Made by a program: the position numbers and the translations under genes. Positions 28,753-37,875 of a stretch of 64,000 nucleotides of DNA are shown here, one piece after another. The notes under the pieces were generated by a model. That model did no database searches, was not told the origin of the DNA, and worked only from the letters and a program-made list of their open reading frames with translations. Position 1 is the stretch's first letter. The number at the start of each line of letters is the position of its first letter. This stretch comes from an uncultured Candidatus Saccharibacteria bacterium (GTDB lineage: Bacteria > Patescibacteriota > Saccharimonadia > Saccharimonadales > CAZVRA01), in contig CAZVRA010000002.1 in NCBI GenBank assembly GCA_964630055.1, positions 15,021 through 79,020 of the forward strand, given 5' to 3'.

Positions 28753-29253
28753 ATGGCTAATTGGCGAGGGCATTTGGCGGGCGGAGTGATTGTGGGCGCG
28801 GCCTATCAGGCGGCGATTATTACAGTGCCACTGGAGCGGTTTGCCGAGCAAGCCGGAGTGCTTGGTAGTTGGCAGGCGCGGGCGGCCGCGGCGGTGATTA
28901 GTCTGCTGTTCGCGCTTTTCCCAGATGTCGATACTAATTCTAAGGCACAAGACTTGTACTACGGCATTGCGTTTCCGCTGGATATTTTGCTGCTTTGGAA
29001 GGGCTATATCCAGGCTGCGGCTTATCTGGGCTTTATTGCGATGCTACCAATAATCGGCAAGCACCGTGGCTGGACGCATAGCAAGTGGGCGATGTTGATC
29101 ATACCGTTGCCGGTTTTGGCGTTGCCGTATTTGTATAATCCCAAAATTTTAGCCGCAGCAGCCGTGTATTATGGCGCTGCAGTGGCAGGGTATTTTAGCC
29201 ACTTGCTTTTTGATGGCTTGATTTGGCGAAGGTTTCGGGTCAAGAATTTCTAA
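28753..29253 (+). CDS. Membrane-bound metal-dependent hydrolase, YdjM/DUF457-like
   Basis: 166 aa, 4-5 TM helices, HRGWTHS motif and a C-terminal SHLLFD. GC-rich like lysS. Confidence 0.55.
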   Translation: MANWRGHLAGGVIVGAAYQAAIITVPLERFAEQAGVLGSWQARAAAAVISLLFALFPDVDTNSKAQDLYYGIAFPLDILLLWKGYIQAAAYLGFIAMLPIIGKHRGWTHSKWAMLIIPLPVLALPYLYNPKILAAAAVYYGAAVAGYFSHLLFDGLIWRRFRVKNF

Positions 29254-29295
29254 ACATTCGTTGCCGGTGGCATATAACTATGACACAATAGAAAC

Positions 29296-31089
29296 ATGAA
29301 AATCGTTCAACGATTGACTTTGGGTTTGGGCGGCCTGTTAGTGGCCGCACTCGGTATCCTGGTCGTTACTCAGCTAGCTTTAGGCCCAAAACTACAAGCC
29401 GCTGGTGTTGACGATTTTAATATAACGCGCTTTGACGTTCAGATGACACTGGGACGCGACGAGGCTAATCATTCCACACTCAAAACTGTCGAAACAATAA
29501 CTGCAAACTTTCCTTTGTCGGATCAAAACCATGGCTTAGAGCGCAAACTGGTTGGGACTTACAACAAGCATACCACTGGTCTTAAAATAGAATCGGTCAC
29601 CGATTCGGCCGGGCAAAACTTGCGCTACAGCGTAATAGGCAAGGATATTTTGCGCATTGGCGACCCTAACAAATATGTTCACGGCGAGCAAACCTATGTC
29701 ATAACCTACTCGCAAAAAGACGTCACAAGATTTTACCAAGACACAGGTAAAGACGAGTTTTATTGGGATGTTATAGGCGTAGAGTGGCGAGTACCAATTT
29801 CTAACATAAACATTTCGCTTACACTCGATGATAAATTGGCCGAAGCCAAGCAGACCGAAGTTCTTTGCTACCAGGGTGCGACTGGTTCTAATCAGCGATG
29901 TGATGTTAGTGGGCAGGCATCTAGTTTTGTCGCCCGTGCTGAATCTTTGGCTTCGCGCCAGGGAATGACTGTTGCTGTAGGTTTTGCCCCCGGTACTTTT
30001 GTAGGCTATCAAAAGAGCCAAGCCGAGAAGCTGCTCGGCAATCTACTGGCGTTCGTCGGTATTAGTAATTTTACTATTGGTCCATTGGCTTTATTGGTAG
30101 GTTTGCCGTTTATGTTTGCGCGAGCAAATAAATTTAAAAAAAGCGATCCGATGGTTCAAAAAATCCAAGCCTTACCAACTATAACCGAGTTTTTGCCGCC
30201 CAAAGACCGAAGTGTACTTGAAAGTTCCGAGGTGCTAAATAATAGTCATAAAGGCAACAAAGTAGCGGCTCAGATAATTGATTGGGCCGTGCGGCATTAT
30301 ATAGAGATTCGTCAAACCGGCCAAAAAAGCCTCTTTAAATCGGCCAAATATGAGTTAAAAATTATTAAAAATTTCGATAGCCTGAGTCCTTATGAGCAGA
30401 CTCTGGCCAACGATATATTCGCCGCTGGGTCATTAATTGCTGGCACAACGGTAAATAGCGAGGATTTTAGTAAATCGGCTACAAAAATTATGAGTTCCCT
30501 AAGTAGTATCGGCAAAGAAATAAAAAATGGGGACTTATACGACCTTAATTTGCCGGCTAAACAGTGGTTTAAAAAAGCCGCAATTGTTATGGCGCTGCTT
30601 GGGGTATTGCTTTTAAATATTCCATTGTTAGTCCTGTCGGCTGCTGGTCTTATAATGATGAGCTTAACCAAATACCCTAGCGGTAAGGGCGAGGAGTTAA
30701 AGCATTATCTTGAGGGTCTAAAGCAATACATTCAGGTGGCCGAAACGGAGCGCCTAAAAATGCTCCAAAGCCCAGAAGGGGCCGAAAAAGTCGGTAGTAT
30801 TAACAACAGCGGTGCTTTAATTAAGCTTTACGAGAGAGTTTTGCCATACGCAGTGCTATTTGGTCAAGAAAAACAATGGAGCCAAGAATTAGGTAAATTA
30901 TACGAAGATGCCGGTGTGCAACCAACTTGGTCGCCGGGCATGACTGCCTTTAATGCTGGTGCTTTTTCGGGTCTGGTTGATGGCGTTTCCAGCACCGTAG
31001 CCAGCAGTTACAGCGCCAGTAGTGGTGGCTCGGGAGGCGGCGGTTTCTCTGGCGGTGGCGGTGGTGGAGGCGGTGGCGGTGGTTGGTAG
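29296..31089 (+). CDS. DUF2207-like membrane protein with poly-Gly C-terminus
   Basis: Signal/TM sequence, extracellular beta-rich N-domain (ITRFDVQMTL...ISNINISLTLD), central TM helices, and the C-terminal tail SSGGSGGGGFSGGGGGGGGGGGW. Confidence 0.7.
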   Translation: MKIVQRLTLGLGGLLVAALGILVVTQLALGPKLQAAGVDDFNITRFDVQMTLGRDEANHSTLKTVETITANFPLSDQNHGLERKLVGTYNKHTTGLKIESVTDSAGQNLRYSVIGKDILRIGDPNKYVHGEQTYVITYSQKDVTRFYQDTGKDEFYWDVIGVEWRVPISNINISLTLDDKLAEAKQTEVLCYQGATGSNQRCDVSGQASSFVARAESLASRQGMTVAVGFAPGTFVGYQKSQAEKLLGNLLAFVGISNFTIGPLALLVGLPFMFARANKFKKSDPMVQKIQALPTITEFLPPKDRSVLESSEVLNNSHKGNKVAAQIIDWAVRHYIEIRQTGQKSLFKSAKYELKIIKNFDSLSPYEQTLANDIFAAGSLIAGTTVNSEDFSKSATKIMSSLSSIGKEIKNGDLYDLNLPAKQWFKKAAIVMALLGVLLLNIPLLVLSAAGLIMMSLTKYPSGKGEELKHYLEGLKQYIQVAETERLKMLQSPEGAEKVGSINNSGALIKLYERVLPYAVLFGQEKQWSQELGKLYEDAGVQPTWSPGMTAFNAGAFSGLVDGVSSTVASSYSASSGGSGGGGFSGGGGGGGGGGGW

Positions 31090-31099
31090 TAAGCCTCCA

Positions 31100-31993
31100 A
31101 TGGCTATAGAGCTTAATAATGTTACTAAAATGTTTGGCAGTTTTGCGGCCCTAAAAAATGTTTCGCTTTGCGTTCAGTCTGGTCACGTACACGGGTTTTT
31201 AGGTCCCAATGGAGCCGGCAAAACGACCACCATAAAAATAATTATGGATTTTTTGCGGCCAACCGCCGGCTCAGTAAAAGTCTTTGGTCAAGATACTCAC
31301 TTAAAAAGTGTTGATATAAAAAAACGAGTTGGCTTTTTGTCTGGGGACCTAGAGCTGTACGATAACTTGAACGGCGAGCAGTACCTAAGATTTATATCAT
31401 CTCTAAGAGGTGGTGGTCGCTCCGTACTATCGCGTCAACGCGATTTATCTAAACAGTTGCAGCCTACCTTGAACCGCAAAATCGGCACTCTGTCGCGCGG
31501 CAACAAACAGAAAATCGCTCTAGTGTCGGCTTTAATGCACGATCCAGATTTGCTGATATTAGATGAGCCTACATCCGGTCTCGATCCGCTAATTCAGCAA
31601 AAGTTCTATGATGCTGTTCGGGCTCATGCCAAGCGAGGCAAAACTGTGTTTATGTCGTCTCATGTTTTAAGCGAAATTCAGCAGGTGTGTGACGTGGTTT
31701 CATTTATGCGCCAGGGAAGTGTAGTCGAAACAGTAGCAATCGACAGCCTACTGAGTCATAGTCAGCACCGAGTGATTATTGTTGCCAAAAAAGGTATGAA
31801 GCTTGGTTTACCGCCACCGAATTTGCAGGTTACGAACTTACATACTACTGACCATACTTTGAATTTTGATGTTACGAAAGTCACACCAGCTTTACTGCGC
31901 TGGATTGCGTCTCAGCCTATAAGCGACGTCACTATAACAGAAGCCAATTTAGACCAAGTCTTTTTGGGCATGTATAAACAGGAAGAAGCCTAA
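31100..31993 (+). CDS. ABC transporter ATP-binding protein (ABC-2 type)
   Basis: Start reassigned to ATG 31100 (MAIELNNV). Walker A GPNGAGKTT, signature LSRGNKQK, Walker B LLILDEPTSGLD. Confidence 0.9.
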   Translation: MAIELNNVTKMFGSFAALKNVSLCVQSGHVHGFLGPNGAGKTTTIKIIMDFLRPTAGSVKVFGQDTHLKSVDIKKRVGFLSGDLELYDNLNGEQYLRFISSLRGGGRSVLSRQRDLSKQLQPTLNRKIGTLSRGNKQKIALVSALMHDPDLLILDEPTSGLDPLIQQKFYDAVRAHAKRGKTVFMSSHVLSEIQQVCDVVSFMRQGSVVETVAIDSLLSHSQHRVIIVAKKGMKLGLPPPNLQVTNLHTTDHTLNFDVTKVTPALLRWIASQPISDVTITEANLDQVFLGMYKQEEA

Positions 31994-32793
31994 TGTTTGA
32001 CTCGATATTGACCAAAACTTTGTATGACAAACGCAATTTTTTGCTTGGCTGGCTAATTGGCGCCGTGGCTCTGCTGGCTTTAACTGCCGCCTTTTTTCCG
32101 ACAATAAAAAACAGTAATATTAACCAATTATTCAAAAGTATCCCACCGGCATTGCAGAATATGGTTGGTAATGTTAACGACTACAACACTTTTAAGGGCT
32201 ACGTCGGCACGGCCGTATTTGGGTTGCGCGCTCAAATGATTTTTATACCACTGGCAATAATTTTGGGTATTTCGCTGGGCCACGCCCCAGAAGCTAGTGG
32301 CAAATTGTATCAATTATTGGCGCAGCCGGTGTCGCGGCGCAGGGTAGCAGTGCAACAGTGGCTGGCTGGCATGGTCATAATATTAACTATAGTCGCGGTA
32401 GTGACTGCCAGCATGGTGCTGGTGGCGGCAGCAATTCATGAGCCTGTGCCATGGGGCGTGTTGGCTCGTCTTGGCATAATGTCGTTTTTGTTTACTTTTA
32501 TGGTGTTTTCTATTACATATGGGCTGGGTATTGGTTTTGGCCGCAAAAGTTTGGCTATTTCGCTGCCAGTTGCTTGGGTCATAGCTAGCTTTTTGATCGA
32601 TTCGCTTGCGCCTGAGCTTAACTGGGTGCGGCACTTAGAAAGTGCTTCTATGCTAACTTATTACCACACTTCATCACTGATACATGGTACAATAAACACC
32701 TGGCATGTGGTTGTTACGGCCGCAGTTTCTGGAGTGAGCTTAATTACTGGAATGATATTTTTTACTAGCCGTGACCTAAGAGAGGAAGATTGA
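31993..32793 (+). CDS. ABC-2 family permease
   Basis: 266 aa, 6 TM helices. Start overlaps the ATPase stop (TAATG). Confidence 0.7.
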   Translation: MFDSILTKTLYDKRNFLLGWLIGAVALLALTAAFFPTIKNSNINQLFKSIPPALQNMVGNVNDYNTFKGYVGTAVFGLRAQMIFIPLAIILGISLGHAPEASGKLYQLLAQPVSRRRVAVQQWLAGMVIILTIVAVVTASMVLVAAAIHEPVPWGVLARLGIMSFLFTFMVFSITYGLGIGFGRKSLAISLPVAWVIASFLIDSLAPELNWVRHLESASMLTYYHTSSLIHGTINTWHVVVTAAVSGVSLITGMIFFTSRDLREED

Positions 32794-32803
32794 CTTAAAT
32801 ATT

Positions 32804-33520
32804 ATGATCAAGGTGCAAGAACTCATTAAGATTTATGGTAAACAGCAGAATTCATTTGCAGCTTTATCGGGGGTGAATTTGGCGGTTGATGATGGCGCCA
32901 CATTGGCAATAGTTGGCAAAAGTGGTTCGGGCAAATCCACGCTAATGCATATAATGAGTGGCCTAGACCACCCAACTAGTGGTACGGTTGTAGTTAACGG
33001 CCAGGATATACATAAATTAAAGTCCAAAAAGTTGGATGCTTTTAGGGCCAAAGAAATGAGCTTTATTTTTCAGGCTTTTTTTGTGGAGCCTAATCAGACG
33101 TGCTATCAAAACGTGGCATTGCCGCTCGAAATTGCCGGCGTTGCTTTGTCTCAAAGAAAAAAGTTGGTCGAGCAGGCACTACACAAAGTTGATTTGGCCG
33201 ATAAAATTGATGCCAAAGCGGTTAATTTGAGTGGTGGTCAAAAGCAACGACTGGCCATAGCCCGAGCGATTGTTAATAAACCAAAACTAATTTTTGCCGA
33301 CGAGCCTACGGGTAATCTCGATAGCACGACAGGCGAGACTATCATCCAGACTCTCTTCGAGCTTAATCGAAAGCTGGGTTCGACCCTAGTGATTGTGACG
33401 CATGACGATGAGTTGGCAAATCGATGCGATGTAGTGGTCAAATTAAAAGACGGTCAAGTAGTGGAAACTATAAATCATAAAAATTTACGGACTAAATCCA
33501 AAATAAGGGGCAAACAATGA
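32804..33520 (+). CDS. ABC transporter ATP-binding protein, MacB/LolD-like
   Basis: Walker A GKSGSGKST, Q-loop, LSGGQKQR, LIFADEPTGNLD. Confidence 0.9.
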   Translation: MIKVQELIKIYGKQQNSFAALSGVNLAVDDGATLAIVGKSGSGKSTLMHIMSGLDHPTSGTVVVNGQDIHKLKSKKLDAFRAKEMSFIFQAFFVEPNQTCYQNVALPLEIAGVALSQRKKLVEQALHKVDLADKIDAKAVNLSGGQKQRLAIARAIVNKPKLIFADEPTGNLDSTTGETIIQTLFELNRKLGSTLVIVTHDDELANRCDVVVKLKDGQVVETINHKNLRTKSKIRGKQ

Positions 33521-34884
33521 AATTAATTGATGTCATGAAGCGGAGCGGACGCAGCATAAAGTCTGCAAAAATGCGCACACTTCTAACTACATTAGCAATT
33601 GCTGTTGGCGCCTTTGCGCTGACATTGACCTTAGCGGCTAGTAACGGCGCGCAGGCTTTTGTCTCCAAGGTCATTAGCGATAATTTTGATCCGGCCGAGT
33701 TAATTGTTGTCAAAGATCAGTCGGCCCTTGGTCGCCGGAGCAATGATCAGCCAATCGAATATGACGATACTTTGGGTATTGACCCAAACAGTGGTGGGAT
33801 ACAGCAGGTCAAACAGCTGACTGCCGATGATCTATCTATGCTCAGGGGCATGCCACAGATAGAAGAGGTAAGGGAAGGTCTAATTTTGAGCATAAAGTAC
33901 ATTACTGGGCCTGCCAACAAAAAGTTTGCCGCTACTGTAACGGCTTTAAACCCAGCCCAGAACCCTGGCATAGCAGCCGGAAGTCTTAATAAACCGCTAA
34001 AAACTGGCACTTTGATTTTGCCCGAGGCTTTTGTTGGCCCGCTTGGATTTGGTTCAAATAATGATGCGGTGGGCAAAAAAGTCCAGCTGGCTGTTCGCAA
34101 GCCCGTCGATACCGAAGCGCTAAAGGCGCAACTGGCTTCTGGCACATTAGACCGGTCTGCTATTGATAAATCAACTCAAGAAAGTACAGTGCTGCAAGAT
34201 TTTACAGTGGCTGCCGTCGCTAAAAAGGCAGTTACTTCTCAGCCAGGAACCGAACTGGCGCTGTATGTTGGCCAGCAGGATGCTAATACATTAAACGATC
34301 TGGCTACCAAGGGTACTAACCAGTATCAAAAGTACACCTATGCTTATGCAAGAGTTAAGGATGGCACCGATCAGACCAAGCTAAATCAGGCGCAAGAGGC
34401 TATTAAATCTAAAGGGTTGAGTAGCCAGAGCGTAAAAGAAACTCAGGCTTTTTTGAACAACATTATTGGGGTGTTGCGGGGTATTGTAGTGGCCTTTGGG
34501 CTGATTGCGATTGTTTCGTCGGTTTTTGGAATAGTCAACACTATGTATATAAGTGTTTTGCAGCGTACGCGCGAAATTGGGCTGATGAAAGCCCTTGGTA
34601 TGCGTAAACGCGATGTTGGTCGTCTTTTCCGTTTTGAAGCCGCATGGATAGGTTTTATAGGTGGTGCGCTTGGTGCTGCCGCTGCTTTTGCCTTGGGCAT
34701 GTCGCTGAACCCCTGGATTACCAAGCAGCTAAAATTAGATGTCGATCAACGACTTTTGATCTTTAATTTTAAGCAAATTTTCTTACTGGTTGGTTTGCTT
34801 TCTGTAATTGCAGTTGTGGCTGGCTGGTTACCTTCGCGCAAGGCCGCCAAGCTAGATCCTATCGAGGCTCTGCGCACCGAATAG
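33517..34884 (+). CDS. FtsX/MacB-type ABC permease with large periplasmic-type domain
   Basis: N-terminal TM, an extracytoplasmic domain of about 280 aa, and the C-terminal FtsX 3-TM bundle (REIGLMKALGMRKRDV). ATGA overlap with the ATPase. Confidence 0.85.
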   Translation: MKLIDVMKRSGRSIKSAKMRTLLTTLAIAVGAFALTLTLAASNGAQAFVSKVISDNFDPAELIVVKDQSALGRRSNDQPIEYDDTLGIDPNSGGIQQVKQLTADDLSMLRGMPQIEEVREGLILSIKYITGPANKKFAATVTALNPAQNPGIAAGSLNKPLKTGTLILPEAFVGPLGFGSNNDAVGKKVQLAVRKPVDTEALKAQLASGTLDRSAIDKSTQESTVLQDFTVAAVAKKAVTSQPGTELALYVGQQDANTLNDLATKGTNQYQKYTYAYARVKDGTDQTKLNQAQEAIKSKGLSSQSVKETQAFLNNIIGVLRGIVVAFGLIAIVSSVFGIVNTMYISVLQRTREIGLMKALGMRKRDVGRLFRFEAAWIGFIGGALGAAAAFALGMSLNPWITKQLKLDVDQRLLIFNFKQIFLLVGLLSVIAVVAGWLPSRKAAKLDPIEALRTE

Positions 34885-34903
34885 CTTGGCCTAGCATATT
34901 TGG

Positions 34904-35596
34904 CTATAGTTGTTTGGCTTCTACGACGTGACGTTTAGCTGTGCTACCGAGTGGTGTGCAGGTATAAAGCGTTAATTTTTTAGGTACCTGGGTGTCTGTG
35001 TCGCGAATATCTACTTGAGTCGGCCAGACATCGCGGGTATTGTAGACTTCGTATTTGTAAACCTTGTCATCCCATTTCACGAACAAAGCATCGCCATTTT
35101 TTAGTTCGGTGAGATGATAAAAATAGCCACCGTTAGTGGCGGTGTACAAAAATCGATGGGCAGCCAACACTAGGTTGCCATTGTCGGCTGGTGCCGATCC
35201 AGCTTCGTGCCAAGCTCCCTGGTTTTTGCCAATTACATAAATATTTTTGCCTTCTATGATTGGCGCATTCACACCTATACTGGGCATAATTAAACGGTTA
35301 CCAGGAGCTGCTAATGGGTCATCTGGTTTGTCGACAGAGACTTTTTGACCCTGACTGGCAGCCTTGTCTAAGGTGTTGGTGGCAATAGTTGGCCGACGAA
35401 CTTTAAAAATCAGGCCAGGGATGTAGGGCCAGGCCAAAATTAACGACCCAATAAGTACCAGCACAAAACTAGCCCAGTATGTTCGTTTTTTTCGGTACCA
35501 AGGTTTAGACCTGTTTTTGTTTATCGGAGTAGAAATAGAGCCGATAGCTGGACGGCCATTGTAAATGAGGTTTTTTTTATTTTTAGAAAAAAGCAT
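34904..35596 (-). CDS. Sortase-family transpeptidase
   Basis: N-terminal TM, catalytic His (LVLAAHR), TLYTCTP Cys motif and a downstream Arg (KRHVV). Confidence 0.85.
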   Translation of the reverse strand: MLFSKNKKNLIYNGRPAIGSISTPINKNRSKPWYRKKRTYWASFVLVLIGSLILAWPYIPGLIFKVRRPTIATNTLDKAASQGQKVSVDKPDDPLAAPGNRLIMPSIGVNAPIIEGKNIYVIGKNQGAWHEAGSAPADNGNLVLAAHRFLYTATNGGYFYHLTELKNGDALFVKWDDKVYKYEVYNTRDVWPTQVDIRDTDTQVPKKLTLYTCTPLGSTAKRHVVEAKQL

Positions 35597-35650
35597 AGGC
35601 GTTTATAAAAGTATAGCTTACTGTACAAAACCTGCCAACTCCTATATATT

Positions 35651-36568
35651 TTGAGTATGACAAAAGCCAATACAACTAAAAAAACTACAACCAAGCCCAA
35701 GCGTTTATCAGTATTTCGATTGGTTAGTCAATTGAACTTGTCGCAATGGTGCTCGGCCATGGCCGCTCTCTTTTTAGTATATGCGGTGGTTTTAGTTCAA
35801 TCGGCTAATCATGCTCAGAGGTCAATTACAACCAGCTTTTTAACCCCCGACAATATAACCCACCAGATTACAGGCCAACCATCTTTTGCAACAGCCTCCA
35901 AGCAGCTTTGGAATTTGAACATGGCTCACTTGGGCGCAGCTTTTTTTGCGGCCATTGGCATTATTTATGTATTGGCGGCTATAATTTGGCGCCGTAACTC
36001 CTCGGTAACAATCTCTGGTAAGAGCCAGCCATTAAGTATTAATCATTTGAGCTGGCTGGATTTTGGCTTTAGCATCGTGGCAATAGCTACCATATTGGCG
36101 CTGATTAATGGAGTGAGCGATTTAAGCGCTTTGGTGATGTTGGCCGCCCTTGGTTTATGTTCTGTTATTTTTGGCCAGCAGTCTAGCGTGGCTGCAAATT
36201 ATCGGTACGATTCGGCAGATAATTATATTTCGTGGGCAAACTGCCTTCGTATTTTGGCTGTGTCGTCTATGGCTCTGCTGTGGCTGGTTGTTGGGGCCAG
36301 CTTGCTTGGAACCTACGTTTTTGGCTTAGCTAAGTTGCCCTTAGCGGTCTATATCTTCATAGCTAGTATTGCGGTGTCGTCTATTGGGTCGTATTTTTAT
36401 CTAATGCACTGTTATAAATCAGGGAAGGATGCCAGCGTGTCTAAGTCGTCTAGTAGAAACGATGTATCTTTGGTAAACGGATGGTATCGGCATCAAAGTG
36501 TCTTTTGGATACTTAGTATAGCTAGCAAAGTTTTGTTGTTCTGGTTACTTTTGGTCGGCAAGTTTTAG
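35651..36568 (+). CDS. Heliorhodopsin-like 7-TM protein (putative retinal protein)
   Basis: Seven hydrophobic helices with a long TM1-TM2 loop. TM3 SWLDFGFS, TM4 GVSDLSALVMLAALG..VIFG, TM6 end YLMHCYKSGK and TM7 SIASKVLLFW resemble heliorhodopsin 48C12 as I remember it, including the Schiff-base Lys (K293 in ORF numbering). The start may be ATG 35657, 6 nt after TATATT. Confidence 0.55.
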   Translation: MSMTKANTTKKTTTKPKRLSVFRLVSQLNLSQWCSAMAALFLVYAVVLVQSANHAQRSITTSFLTPDNITHQITGQPSFATASKQLWNLNMAHLGAAFFAAIGIIYVLAAIIWRRNSSVTISGKSQPLSINHLSWLDFGFSIVAIATILALINGVSDLSALVMLAALGLCSVIFGQQSSVAANYRYDSADNYISWANCLRILAVSSMALLWLVVGASLLGTYVFGLAKLPLAVYIFIASIAVSSIGSYFYLMHCYKSGKDASVSKSSSRNDVSLVNGWYRHQSVFWILSIASKVLLFWLLLVGKF

Positions 36569-36582
36569 TAGGCGAGGATTTT

Positions 36583-37875
36583 TTGACCTACAATAAGCCC
36601 AATCAAGAACTACAAGAGGTACGTATAGATAAGTTAGTTCATGGCGGCCAAGGATTGGGGGTGTTGGCCGATGGTCGTAAGGTTTTTGTTTGGAATGCTC
36701 TACCGAATGAGCTAGTTATGGTGCGTTTATTACGCTCTAGGCGAGATTACGCTGAGGCTGTAGCCGAGCAGATACTGCAAGCGTCTCCTGTACGCCAACA
36801 GCCACGTGACGATGCTTATTTAAGCACCAGTCCTTGGCAAATTATGACCGACAAGGCAGAAATTATCGCCAAGCAGCAGATATTGACCGAATCTCTATCA
36901 AGGTCGGGCATTAAGTTGACAGACGATATACAAGTTATTACGACCGGTCCGACCTGGCACTATAGAAATAAAATGGAATACAGCTTTTGGGCAGACGATA
37001 GTGGCCTGCGGCTGGCCTTGTTTAATCGGGGTAGTCGTGGCAAGCGAGCCATTCAAGGTAGTAGTATAGCAAGACCCGAAATTGACAAAACTGCACAAAA
37101 AATGTGTTCAGCTTTAGAAGCTGCCGGCATTCGTGGTAGTCAGCTAAAAACAGGGTTAATTAGGTGTGATCAAGCGGGTAACGTAGTAGTAGCGTTGTTT
37201 GTAAAGGACCAAAATTTTCCTGATATTGATAGTCTGAAAGGTTTGTGCCAGGGTATTCAGGTTTGCTATTCTACACCCAAAAGTCCGGCCAGTGTTTTGA
37301 CAAAAGTTTTATATACGGATGGTGACATATCTTTGCAGGATGAGGTTTTAGGAAACAAAATAAATTACAATGTGCACTCATTTTTTCAGGTAAATTTACC
37401 AATTTTTGAACTGGCCGTTGGCGAAATCAAGCATTATATTGCCCAGCAAAAGAAGGCCACGCAGAGCAACATGCCGATTATAGATCTTTATAGCGGGGTA
37501 GGTACTATTGGGCTTTGCGTTGGTGCCACCACTCTGGTAGAAAGCTCCTTAGAAAATGTGTTAGTAGCCAAAAATAGTGCGCCCAAAGCTACAACCGTAG
37601 TCCACGCAAGCAGCGAGCAAGCATTGGAGCACATAAGTCCCGACTGCTTGGTGATTGTTGATCCGCCTCGAGCTGGTCTGCACAGTAAGCTAATTAATCA
37701 TCTGTTGGATGTGCGCCCGCTGAGGGTTGTTTATTTGTCATGCAACCCTAGCACACAGGCGCGCGACCTGAGTTTATTGCAGAAATCTTATGAGGTTAAG
37801 CGATTACAGGGTTACAATTTTTTCCCAAAGACGCCGCATATAGAGTCGCTGGCCATGCTAGAATTAATCGCATGA
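36583..37875 (+). CDS. TRAM-domain RNA (uracil-5)-methyltransferase, RlmD/TrmA family
   Basis: TTG start. N-terminal TRAM (IDKLVHGGQGLGVL...VWNALPNELV), FFQVN, DLYSGVGTIG, DPPRAGL and the catalytic Cys context YLSCNPSTQARD. No Fe-S cysteine cluster. Confidence 0.8.
   Translation: MTYNKPNQELQEVRIDKLVHGGQGLGVLADGRKVFVWNALPNELVMVRLLRSRRDYAEAVAEQILQASPVRQQPRDDAYLSTSPWQIMTDKAEIIAKQQILTESLSRSGIKLTDDIQVITTGPTWHYRNKMEYSFWADDSGLRLALFNRGSRGKRAIQGSSIARPEIDKTAQKMCSALEAAGIRGSQLKTGLIRCDQAGNVVVALFVKDQNFPDIDSLKGLCQGIQVCYSTPKSPASVLTKVLYTDGDISLQDEVLGNKINYNVHSFFQVNLPIFELAVGEIKHYIAQQKKATQSNMPIIDLYSGVGTIGLCVGATTLVESSLENVLVAKNSAPKATTVVHASSEQALEHISPDCLVIVDPPRAGLHSKLINHLLDVRPLRVVYLSCNPSTQARDLSLLQKSYEVKRLQGYNFFPKTPHIESLAMLELIA

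Noticed and set aside
31022-31099. 26-codon N-terminal extension of the ABC ATPase ORF (GTG start at 31022)
   Set aside because: The extension is merely the alternative frame of the GGT/GGC poly-Gly tail of the upstream DUF2207-like gene. ATG 31100 (MAIELNNV) gives a normal ABC ATPase N-terminus.
34904-35596. Looked for sortase substrates (LPXTG/LAXTG plus hydrophobic tail plus basic end) among the ORFs in the window
   Set aside because: No ORF here ends with a recognisable cell-wall sorting signal, so the substrates must be encoded elsewhere. No claim is made.
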